Positions 36,829 to 45,578 of a stretch of 64,000 nucleotides of DNA are shown one piece after another. The position numbers were made by a program, and so were the translations under genes. Below the pieces are notes generated by a model. That model was not told the DNA's origin. It made no database searches and worked only from the letters and a program-made list of their open reading frames with translations. Each line of letters begins with the position of its first letter. Position 1 is the stretch's first letter. The DNA is taken from contig SVTS01000004.1 in assembly GCA_015063645.1 (NCBI GenBank), positions 1,155 to 65,154 on the forward strand, read 5' to 3'. This stretch comes from Oscillospiraceae bacterium (GTDB lineage: Bacteria; Bacillota; Clostridia; Oscillospirales; CAG-272).

Positions 36829-38967
36829 ATGTCCGATTTCATCCGCATTGAAAACGAACAATTCTGTCTTACCGTCGGCAGTGATGCCGTTGTCCGCTCC
36901 CTCATCTGCCATGCCACAGGCGAGGAATGTGTGGACGCATCCCAGATGCTGCCGCTGTGCTCCGTCACGCAGCACCGTCCCTTCAACAACGAAATCAAGC
37001 TGGCGCATCCCAACAAGCGCATGACCTTTGCCGCCAACCGCATCCGCCGGGAAGGCGATTCTCTGATCGTCGGTTTTGAGCTGATCGGCTACGAGGCGGT
37101 GATTACTCTTAACGTAAAGCCTCAGTACATCGGCTTCAAACTCGCCGATTTTATTGTTCCCGAGGGGGCGTTCGGCGGTCTGTGCATGACCCCGCCGCCT
37201 GTGGCGGAGTTCCGCATTCTCCAGCTGCCCGTAAAGAACCGCGAAAAATTCGGCGAATGGCTGAATGTGGCGTGGGATAATAAAACTGCCGTAAACGTAC
37301 TGGCAACCTCGCCCTATGCCCGCATCGATGCCGAAAAACGCCTCGGCTTCCGCATCATGAGCGCGGATGCCGTACAGGGTGTGAAGATCCGCGGCACGGA
37401 AGCCGCGCTGATCGCCTGCGCATCCGACAAACTGATGGATAACATCGATGCACTGGAGGAGGATTACGGTCTGCCCCACGGCGTGAAGAACCGCCGCAAT
37501 TCCCCGCTGAATGCATCCATGTACTGGGTACACGATATGGGGCCCCACAACGTGGATGAGCACATCGCCCGCGCAAAGCAGGGCGGTTTCCGCATGATGC
37601 TGATCTATTACACCTGCCTCTATACCGGCAGCGGATACTCCCGTCTGGGCGACTACGATTACAAAGACTGCTATCCGAACGGTGCCGCTGATGTCAAAAA
37701 GATGCTGGACAAAATCAAAGCGGCGGGCATCACGCCCGGATTCCACATTCTCCACACCCATATCGGTCTGCAGAGCCGTCTCGTCACGCCGGTGGCGGAT
37801 CACCGCCTACATCTGACCCGGCATTTTACCCTCGCCCGTCCGCTGAGTGAGGAGGACACCACCGTATATGTGCAGGAGAATCCCGAGGACAGCGTTATGC
37901 ATGAGAAAGTACGCGTGCTCCGATTCGGCGGCGAGCTGATCTTCTATGATGGATACTCCACGGAATATCCCTACTGCTTCACCGGATGCAAACGCGGTCA
38001 TCTGAAGACAAATGTGGTCGCTCATCCGCTGGGCGAGATCGGCGGCATTCTGGACATCAGCGAATTCGGCGCTACCAGTCTGTATCTGGATCAGAACACC
38101 GATCTGCAGGACGAGATCGCGGACAAAATTGCCGAGGCGTACGACGCGGGCTTTGCGTTCATCTACTATGACGGCTCGGAGGGCACGAACGCTCCTTTCG
38201 ATTTCCACGTTCCCAACGCCCAGTACCGCATCTACAAAAAGCTGGGGAAAGAGCCGCTGTTCTGCGAAGGCGCGGCAAAATCCCATTTCAGCTGGCACAT
38301 GCTCAGCGGCGGCAACGCCTTTGACCAGTTCCGCATGAATATTTTCAAAGAGAAGATCATCGAATTCCCCTTCGAGGAAGCGCCCCGCATGGCGCAGGAT
38401 TTCACCCGTCTGAACTTCGGCTGGTGGGCGTTCTTCGATGACACCCAGCCCGATCACTACGAATTCGGCACCAGCCGTGCGGCGGCATGGAACTGCCCCG
38501 TCACCATGAAGGGCTATCTGGACAGAATGGCGAAGCACCCCCGCGTGGGCGATATTCTGGAAGTCATGCGCCGCTGGGAAGATGTCCGCGCCCGGAATCT
38601 GCTGACGGACGCCGACAAAGAAATGCTGAAGGATCCCGCCCAGGAGCACACCCTGCTGCTTGACGGCAAGGGCGGCTACACGCTTGTGCCGTACAACGTA
38701 ATCGACGGCGCGGCACAGGGCAATGAGGCTGCGGCGGCATTCTCCTTTACGCTGGACGGACGCGGATACGCGGTGCTCTGGCACAAAACCGGCGAGGGTA
38801 CACTGACCCTGCCGACTCTGCCGGATCTGAGAATCGAAAAAGAGCCGGGCGGCGAAATAATGGAAGCCGCTGACGGCACAATCACACTGGCAGGCAAGGT
38901 ATACATTTCCACCGCTGTAAGCGAAGCGGAAATGGCGGAGGCAGTACGTACAATCACGCTGGCATAA
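36829..38967 (+). CDS. large uncharacterised protein (712 aa), possibly glycoside-hydrolase-like
   Basis: Start MSDFIRIEN with RBS GGAGGA; strong coding pattern; no signal peptide; no family recognised. Confidence 0.7.
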   Translation: MSDFIRIENEQFCLTVGSDAVVRSLICHATGEECVDASQMLPLCSVTQHRPFNNEIKLAHPNKRMTFAANRIRREGDSLIVGFELIGYEAVITLNVKPQYIGFKLADFIVPEGAFGGLCMTPPPVAEFRILQLPVKNREKFGEWLNVAWDNKTAVNVLATSPYARIDAEKRLGFRIMSADAVQGVKIRGTEAALIACASDKLMDNIDALEEDYGLPHGVKNRRNSPLNASMYWVHDMGPHNVDEHIARAKQGGFRMMLIYYTCLYTGSGYSRLGDYDYKDCYPNGAADVKKMLDKIKAAGITPGFHILHTHIGLQSRLVTPVADHRLHLTRHFTLARPLSEEDTTVYVQENPEDSVMHEKVRVLRFGGELIFYDGYSTEYPYCFTGCKRGHLKTNVVAHPLGEIGGILDISEFGATSLYLDQNTDLQDEIADKIAEAYDAGFAFIYYDGSEGTNAPFDFHVPNAQYRIYKKLGKEPLFCEGAAKSHFSWHMLSGGNAFDQFRMNIFKEKIIEFPFEEAPRMAQDFTRLNFGWWAFFDDTQPDHYEFGTSRAAAWNCPVTMKGYLDRMAKHPRVGDILEVMRRWEDVRARNLLTDADKEMLKDPAQEHTLLLDGKGGYTLVPYNVIDGAAQGNEAAAAFSFTLDGRGYAVLWHKTGEGTLTLPTLPDLRIEKEPGGEIMEAADGTITLAGKVYISTAVSEAEMAEAVRTITLA

Positions 38968-39003
38968 AAGGGAAAACCGATTCTCAATCTGTCCATAGCC
39001 AAC

Positions 39004-40742
39004 ATGAACCCGGCATACATAGAGGAAATCTGCGCGGATCTGCTCGATCAGCAGAAGCGGGGCATCGCGGACTGCGCCATGATGATGATGCAGTTTGCCC
39101 CGGAAGGCACACCTCCCGAACCGAAAGCAGAGCAGCAGTGCCGCACCTATGATCTCTTCAGAGAGCGTCTGGATAAAATGGGAGTAAAGCACGGTGTGCT
39201 GGTTCAGTCCACGCTGGGGCACGTCTTTCCCCCTCCCGTCCCCATCCGTTCCAGAAGGTAATCGGGCTTGTTACGGGAACACAGTATGACGTATACAAGC
39301 CCTACGATAAAACGCAGATGGACGGCATCGTCTTCCAGTGCCAGTGCTGTCCCTATGACAAAAACCTGCAGGCGTATCTGCGGGAACAGATGTGCACTCT
39401 TGCCTCACGCCATCCCTCTGTGATCATGATCGACGACGATATGGGACTTCTGTACCGCGTCGGCATCAAGGGATGCAGCTGCCCGCTCCATATGGCGGAG
39501 GCGTTCGCCGGACGGGGCAATCCCACGGCGGCGCGCTTCAACAACGGCTGTTTCGGCTCGGAGACCTCCCGCTACTTCAGCGGATATATGCTCCGTGCCG
39601 CCGTACAGCGGGAGCATCTGCGCGGAAAAATCGATTTGTTTCTCACGGAAGGGGACACCTGTCCCCACAATCGTTACGCGGTGAGTGCCGCCCGTCTGCA
39701 CGCGCACATGACCGGCACAATCCTTGAGGGAGCAAAAGGAGTCAAGGGGTGGATCACATCTCTTGACTCTTCCGGCTTTGATCTCTCCGCGGGACGCGCT
39801 TACCGGAATATTCTGGCGAAACACCGGGGATTTTATGAAAAACTGGCACAGCTGTATGACGGCTGCCGCTTCACCGGATGCCGTATTCCCGTGCCTCAAA
39901 CGCGGGATTTCTCCATCCGCACGGCGAACATCTTCCAGACGCCGCTCAGCTGCTGGGCAACAAAGGTGCTGGAACGCTACGGCGTGCCGATGTATGCATC
40001 CAAGGAGGCAGGCGGTGCCGTTTTCCTTGACGAAGCCGCCGTACCGGGTTTTACAGACGAGGAGATATGCACACTCCTCGGCGGTACGCTCTTTCTCTCT
40101 GCCAGTGCGGCGCAGATGCTCATCTCCCGGGGATTCGGAAATGACATCGGCACCGATGTCAGAGAGTGGACAGGCGGACTGATCACCGCCGAGCACATCC
40201 GTGTCACAGGCACCGATATCCGCCGGCAATTCGGCGGGATGGAGCTTGTTCCTCTCTCCACGGAGACAGAGACTCTTTCCGACGCGCTGTATCAGCCGGG
40301 TGACGGCACAAAACAGGCGATGTATCCGGCAGTCACCTCGTACCGCAACGTCCGGGGCGGCACGGTCATCGTATTCTCAGGCACGCCGGATGTGGCGTTC
40401 CACTACGATCGGAGCGTATCTTTTTTGAACAGCGCACGAAAAAAGCAAATCTGTTCTGTGCTCGCCCGCACGGGAAATCTTCCGGTGTACTATCCGGAAG
40501 ATCTGGAAATTTACATGAAAGCGGGATTTCTGCCTGACGGAACGCTGCTCTGCGCGCTGTTCAATCTCTCCCTGGATCCGCTGGAAGATATCCCTCTGAT
40601 CTGTGCAGATCCGGTAAGGGAGAGCGGCATACTGACGCCGGAGGGAGACGTGCGTCCCTGCACTTTTTTGCGGGAAGACGGCATGATCCGCATCTCCGAG
40701 CCGCTGTATCCGATGCATCCCGTGATTCTTCTTCTCCGCTGA
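39004..40742 (+). pseudogene. uncharacterised ~580 aa protein gene interrupted by a -1 frame change in a C-rich tract (ORFs 39004..39261 and 39177/39318..40742)
   Basis: Frame 1 ORF ends at 39259..39261; frame 3 is open from 39177 and reads ..HPFQKVIGLVTGTQYDVYKPYDKTQMDG..; the two frames overlap around TTTCCCCCTCCCGTCCCC (39226..39243). Confidence 0.6.
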
Positions 40743-40792
40743 AACCGGACTGTACATCAGGCTTGTTTCCGTCCAATAATCCACCCATAAAA

Positions 40793-40833
40793 GCACCGCA
40801 GACTCCCGTTAAACAGGAGCCTGCGGTATTTTT
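40793..40833. terminator. bidirectional terminator between convergent genes
   Basis: CACCGCAGACTCC-cgttaaaca-GGAGCCTGCGGT followed by ATTTTTG. Confidence 0.7.
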
Positions 40834-40837
40834 GTAT

Positions 40838-41848
40838 TTATCTCCGCCTGCCGCGGAGAACAATATGGGCATTGTGATAAAAATCCGTGTGTTCCGCACA
40901 GCGCAGTGCCGCGGCAATTCCGTCAGCAAACGCAATCTCCGGATTCTCTCCGGTACACGCCGCGTGAACGGCGACAGCATGCAGAAGCGCGTACACGCCG
41001 TACAGACCGTCCCACGCCTCCGTCGGCGGGATTCCGTCCCCCGCATAGGGAAACTGGACGAAGTACATGTGGTTCGCCAGAATATTTTCCAGATACCGCT
41101 CCATTCCGGGCAGCCGCTCCTTCGCGCGGCTCTCCGCATCCGCGGGTGCCTCCCATGCCGTGATCCTCTCCGCAAGTGCATGCAGGCTGCCGCTGTGCAG
41201 TCCCAACTCCCTGAGCAGCAAAAGACCGTGTGCGTACAGTTCTGCCGCATCCGCCCGGTACGGCTCGCCGATACAGGCACCGATCCGGCTGAGGCGCTCT
41301 GTATGCGGCACGCCGGCTTCCTGCCAGATCTCCATACAGCGGCGGCGGCGGGATCGCTGTTCCTCGTCCATCCCTGCATCAGGCGGCGCTGCGGATACTT
41401 CCAGCGTCTCCGTGACAAAGCGGAGCGGCCCGTCCGTCTCCATGAGCATCTCAATCACCCGCTCGCAGGCACCGGAGCACACCGCTTCGGTGACATCCCC
41501 CGGTTTAACGGATCGGGGGAAAAGGCGGCACACCGCCGGCTGCACCGATTCGCCGCATTCTTTATGCAGGCGGCACCAGCCTTCGCTGTCCATAACCCGG
41601 CACTTTCCGCCCTCCGTGGCGGTGATAAAAGCGTACCGCGCCTCCGTGGGCGTATCAAAAACGGTAAACGATTCATTCAGTATTCCGCGCAGTTCTCCGC
41701 TGCACTGCAGCTGCATCAGGCGGGTGTATTCGCCCTCGCTGAGTGTGATCCGCCAGCCCTGACAGCAGACGGTACGGCAGTCGCCGCATTTGCAGCGGAA
41801 TTTCCGGAAATATTCCGGGGCTTCCACATTGACTTTTTCCGTAACCAT
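40838..41848 (-). CDS. FliB/YkgJ-type cysteine-cluster protein (flagellin lysine-N-methylase family-like)
   Basis: N-terminal FRCKCGDCRTVCCQGW CxxCxxCC-type cluster, second Cys block GWCRLHKECGE..CRLFPR; 336 aa. Confidence 0.7.
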   Translation of the reverse strand: MVTEKVNVEAPEYFRKFRCKCGDCRTVCCQGWRITLSEGEYTRLMQLQCSGELRGILNESFTVFDTPTEARYAFITATEGGKCRVMDSEGWCRLHKECGESVQPAVCRLFPRSVKPGDVTEAVCSGACERVIEMLMETDGPLRFVTETLEVSAAPPDAGMDEEQRSRRRRCMEIWQEAGVPHTERLSRIGACIGEPYRADAAELYAHGLLLLRELGLHSGSLHALAERITAWEAPADAESRAKERLPGMERYLENILANHMYFVQFPYAGDGIPPTEAWDGLYGVYALLHAVAVHAACTGENPEIAFADGIAAALRCAEHTDFYHNAHIVLRGRRR

Positions 41849-41949
41849 TACCCCTTACTTGCAGTACTTGTAAAAAATGACAAGGGAAATTATAGCACAA
41901 AACCCCAGAAAATGCAAGGGTTTTTCAGGAAATTTCTGAGATTAAATGG

Positions 41950-41986
41950 AAAAACTGCCGCACAATACTGTACGGCAGTTTTTTCT
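41950..41986 (-). terminator. terminator of the 42024..42860 gene
   Basis: AAAACTGCCG-12 nt loop-CGGCAGTTTT with U-run on the minus strand. Confidence 0.7.
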
Positions 41987-42023
41987 GCGGGAAAGTTATG
42001 CGGACTCGGGACAGAGCAGCCGA

Positions 42024-42860
42024 TTATTTACGCTTCTTGGAAACCACAACGCCGCCGAGGGATGCTGCTGCAACAACAGCGATGACAGCGAATGCATCAA
42101 AGGTTGCGGGAGCGGTGGTGGAAGAAGCGGGCTTCTGGGTCTGTGCCGCGGGCTTGGTAGTCTCTGCAGGCTTGGTAGCAGCTGCTTCAACCTTTACTTC
42201 CTTATCGGAAAGGGTAACATAGTCATACTTCTTTGTCTCATTTGTGCCGGGGTTGTTCTTGTGAACGGGACCAACGGAGTTGCGGGTACCCCCACCGGTG
42301 ATATCATCAATAACGATATTGATACCGAGGTTAACGCCGGCCTTGGGTGCGACAAGAGCAGCCTCTGCGAGGTCGTATACAACTTCAACAATGTAACCGG
42401 TCTTTGTCATAGTGCAGGCTGACTGTGCGTTTTTCGCGCTTGCCGCATAACGGAAATCCAGACGGTTATCCTGTGCACTGACCATGACCTTGTAGGCGTT
42501 CTTGGTGCTGCCGTTGTTCAGAAGGTCAACGATGTATTCGATGGCTTCGTTCTCATAGATGTTCTTGGCTGTGTCTACGGGAACGATCTCGGGGTCGGTT
42601 ACTTCAGCTGCCATGTAGAGCTTGTTGTTGCCCCAGAGAAGGTAAGCAACACCGGAAGCTTTGGGCGTGCCGGAGGTGGTCTTATTAAGTTTTACAGCCA
42701 GACCCTGAGAGTAGATCTCGTCGATTTTGCCGTCGAGCTTGATCTCGCCCTTATAAAGCGGGATATCGCCCCATTTGTTGCCGTCTGCGTTTGCGAATAC
42801 CGTTACTGCAAGAGATGCGATCATAAGCAGTACGAGTACCAGAGAGGTGAGCTTTTTCAT
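42024..42860 (-). CDS. secreted CBM9/DOMON-like carbohydrate-binding protein with C-terminal PATFDA-TM-KKRK anchor
   Basis: Signal peptide MKKLTSLVLVLLMIASLAVTVFA; IKLDGKIDEIY.. and LLWGNNKLYMAAEVTD blocks typical of CBM9-like domains; T/P/A/K linker, APATFDA, 17-aa hydrophobic helix, SKKRK end. Confidence 0.7.
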   Translation of the reverse strand: MKKLTSLVLVLLMIASLAVTVFANADGNKWGDIPLYKGEIKLDGKIDEIYSQGLAVKLNKTTSGTPKASGVAYLLWGNNKLYMAAEVTDPEIVPVDTAKNIYENEAIEYIVDLLNNGSTKNAYKVMVSAQDNRLDFRYAASAKNAQSACTMTKTGYIVEVVYDLAEAALVAPKAGVNLGINIVIDDITGGGTRNSVGPVHKNNPGTNETKKYDYVTLSDKEVKVEAAATKPAETTKPAAQTQKPASSTTAPATFDAFAVIAVVAAASLGGVVVSKKRK

Positions 42861-42966
42861 GTTTTTCTCCTTTTATGTTTTTTTTATTTTCCACCGCGTG
42901 GCTGCATCTATAAAAGAGTTAAATCACTCACCCGGGAAGGAACATTTTTGAAAACTGTGCCTTGTC

Positions 42967-44448
42967 TTACTGACCCTTGAACGCCTTGACAAACTCTTCC
43001 AGCAGATTCTGTGCAGCGGGAAGTGTGGAAGCGATTTTGGACATGTAACTGTCATCGTTGTTGACGATCAGCTTGCGGTGAACATGACCGATACGGTTCA
43101 GCGCGTAGTTGTACGCATAGATGAAGTCAGAGGTCATCGTTTCGCGGATCAGGTCGATCATCTGCGTGGAAAGGCTGTCGCGGGCATACTTCAGCATCAA
43201 CTCGGATTCATAGTATGCGGGAGTAACGTAGTAGTAGGACTGTGCGGAAAGTGCTTCCAGAACCGCGCCGGTCATCTCGATATTATCGGAGGAAACGGGA
43301 ACGCAGCTCAGCTGTGCGGTTGCGGCAACCTGGGTCTTGTAGTTCTCCTGCGTATCGGAGGTCTTGGGGAAGGGCAGGAAGCCAAAGTCGTCTTCCATAT
43401 CGCGCAGACCTGCGGCGGTGGACAGCATACCGGTCACAAAGAGGGCGTTGCCCGCCTTGAAGACGTCGGTTCTCGAATGCTCAGCATCGACATGGGAGCC
43501 GGGACCGTGGAAGATCGCGTTCAGACGGTTGATGATTTCGTAGGAATCCTCGCTTCCGACGGTCAGCTCAACGAAGCCGTCATCGGTACGCTTGGTATGG
43601 GAAACGTGACCGCCGTAAACCCACGGATCGGAGGTGGAGTTGAGGGAGGAGGCATAGTAGCCCAGCTGGTCGGTATAATCCACAGCACCGTTACCGTTCA
43701 GATCCTTATAGGAGCCCTGTACCAGCTGCTTGAAGTAATCCAGCGTCCAGTTTCCGTCCAGAACCTTCTGATACAGATCATCGGGATTGCCATAGAGATC
43801 CTGATAAAGATTCTTATTGAAGAAATTGGAGTGGGTATACGCAAATACATGGGTATTATAGTCGCTGACCAGCAGGAAGCGGTGCGTCTTGCCCAGTGCC
43901 ATGTCATCCATGTACTTGTTGAACCACCACGGCTTGTCGAAGTTGACGTACTTCAGATCATAGCCGTTGACGAATACCTTCTGGGGAACCAGATACGGCA
44001 CTGAAACGTCCATGCCGAGGAACAGATCGTAGGTGTTGTCATCCGCCATGATCAGAGCGGAAATCTTCAGGTGGTTGTCACTGTAGGAATCGTCGAAGCC
44101 GTTGCATTCAATCTTGATCTTCAGACGCTCTTCCACAGCGAGGTTGCGTGCCCATACGGTTTCGTTGAGAAGGTCACCCTTCAGCTCCTCGGAGCCCATA
44201 ACGAACTTGGTACCGTTGGATTTTGTGGAAGCATACACGCGCCAGGTCTTGTTCTTGTAGTTCAGATCGGCGGGCAGATCGTCCTTGACTTTCAGACGCT
44301 CGTTTTCCTCTTCCGTTTCGGCTGCCGTGGTAGTCTCTCCCGAAACAGCGGTGGTATCCGCAGAAGGAGTACCGGAATCGTCCGAACAGGCGGCCATTGC
44401 AGGCACAAGCATCAGAAGCGCGAGCAGTACAGATATGATTTTCTTCAT
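42967..44448 (-). CDS. extracellular solute-binding lipoprotein, large SBP family, paralog group A
   Basis: Start MKKIISVLLALLMLVPAMAACSDD (lipobox MAAC); C-terminus ..LPAAQNLLEEFVKAFKGQ as in 120..1613. Confidence 0.85.
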   Translation of the reverse strand: MKKIISVLLALLMLVPAMAACSDDSGTPSADTTAVSGETTTAAETEEENERLKVKDDLPADLNYKNKTWRVYASTKSNGTKFVMGSEELKGDLLNETVWARNLAVEERLKIKIECNGFDDSYSDNHLKISALIMADDNTYDLFLGMDVSVPYLVPQKVFVNGYDLKYVNFDKPWWFNKYMDDMALGKTHRFLLVSDYNTHVFAYTHSNFFNKNLYQDLYGNPDDLYQKVLDGNWTLDYFKQLVQGSYKDLNGNGAVDYTDQLGYYASSLNSTSDPWVYGGHVSHTKRTDDGFVELTVGSEDSYEIINRLNAIFHGPGSHVDAEHSRTDVFKAGNALFVTGMLSTAAGLRDMEDDFGFLPFPKTSDTQENYKTQVAATAQLSCVPVSSDNIEMTGAVLEALSAQSYYYVTPAYYESELMLKYARDSLSTQMIDLIRETMTSDFIYAYNYALNRIGHVHRKLIVNNDDSYMSKIASTLPAAQNLLEEFVKAFKGQ

Positions 44449-44549
44449 AGCGTAATCCTTTCCATTCGTTCCCATAGAATATTTTTCTGGATAATCCGGA
44501 ATTCTGTACTCCGGGTAAAAAAATTATAGCATAAATTCCGCCCGCATAG

Positions 44550-44578
44550 TTTACAAATCGCGCAAATTATGCTACAAT
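44550..44578 (+). promoter_or_regulatory. sigma-A promoter of AraC regulator
   Basis: TTTACA-17 nt-TACAAT. Confidence 0.6.
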
Positions 44579-44614
44579 CTATACATAAATCTATTAAAAA
44601 ACAGGAAAAACAAT

Positions 44615-45457
44615 GTGAAGAAAAATAATCCGATCAAATCCCATATCCCGTTCTGGTCGATGGAAGTTCCAACCGTCTGTTTTACACCGGCGCACACGGA
44701 CACAGGCTATGCGATCAGCACAGAGCACGCGCACCAGCACTATGAGATGAACTTCTGCTACTCACATGCATCTATCCGCCACACCGTGAGCGGCAAGATT
44801 ATCGACACGACCACGCCGTTTTTCTCCTTCCGCGCACCGCTGGTACTCCACTCCGTACGGACGCTGGATGACAGACCGTACACACGTTCCAACGTATACT
44901 TTCATCCGGGAATGCTGAAGAAATACGAAAACATCTGCTCCCTCGGCAAGCTGAGCAACGTGCGCGCATGCACCATTCCCACTGATGAGAAGCAGATGGA
45001 ATATCTGGATAAGCTGATCGGGCATATGGGACGCCTGTGGGAAGAAGATGCTCCGGAGAATGTCTGTGTAAGCCTGCTGGCTGCTCTTCTGTATGAAGTC
45101 AATGCCCTTGTCCCGGAGGATCTGCCTCCGCAGACGGAGACACCGCCGTACATACAGGAGGTCATGCTGTACATCGTGGGACATATCGAGGATAATCTGA
45201 CGCTGGACAGTCTGTCGAGGCAGTTTTTCATCAGCAAAAGCAAGCTGGCACAGGATTTCCACTCCGTGACGGGACAGAGTGTGCACGATTACACCACCGC
45301 AATCCGCATGTGGCGTGCAAAAAGCATGCTCACGGAGGGCATGCCGCTGTCCATCATCGCCGACGCCTGCGGATTCTCCCGGGATTCCGCGCTGATCACC
45401 ATGTTCCGCCGCGAGTCGGGCATGACGCCCACCGAGTGGCTGAAATCCGTGCAGTAA
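44615..45457 (+). CDS. AraC family transcriptional regulator (paralog of 26783..27637)
   Basis: GTG start; IPFWSMEV.. sensor domain, C-terminal ..IADACGFSRDSALITMFRRESGMTPTEW HTH; divergent from SBP gene. Confidence 0.85.
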   Translation: MKKNNPIKSHIPFWSMEVPTVCFTPAHTDTGYAISTEHAHQHYEMNFCYSHASIRHTVSGKIIDTTTPFFSFRAPLVLHSVRTLDDRPYTRSNVYFHPGMLKKYENICSLGKLSNVRACTIPTDEKQMEYLDKLIGHMGRLWEEDAPENVCVSLLAALLYEVNALVPEDLPPQTETPPYIQEVMLYIVGHIEDNLTLDSLSRQFFISKSKLAQDFHSVTGQSVHDYTTAIRMWRAKSMLTEGMPLSIIADACGFSRDSALITMFRRESGMTPTEWLKSVQ

Positions 45458-45517
45458 AATATGGATACGTCACCCAAAAACAGCTGCACCGAACGCAGAA
45501 AAATTCCCCCATCCCCC

Positions 45518-45546
45518 TTGCGCAAAAGCGCACTTTATGATACAAT
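45518..45546 (+). promoter_or_regulatory. sigma-A promoter of large GH-like gene
   Basis: TTGCGC-17 nt-(TGa)TACAAT. Confidence 0.55.
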
Positions 45547-45578
45547 GATGATACATCAATCTGCAAGGAGATTTTACC

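Noticed and set aside
36571-39222. Minus-strand ORFs 36571..37803 and 37807..39222
   Set aside because: They are antisense shadows of the 712 aa gene and its neighbour. They have no promoter or RBS, and they overlap a perfect plus-strand promoter.
40561-42085. ORFs 40561..41454(-), 40763..42085(+), 41067..41762(+) and others
   Set aside because: They are alternative frames of the FliB-like gene region with extreme Arg/Pro/Ser composition. Only 40838..41848(-) shows a coherent Cys-cluster motif and balanced composition.
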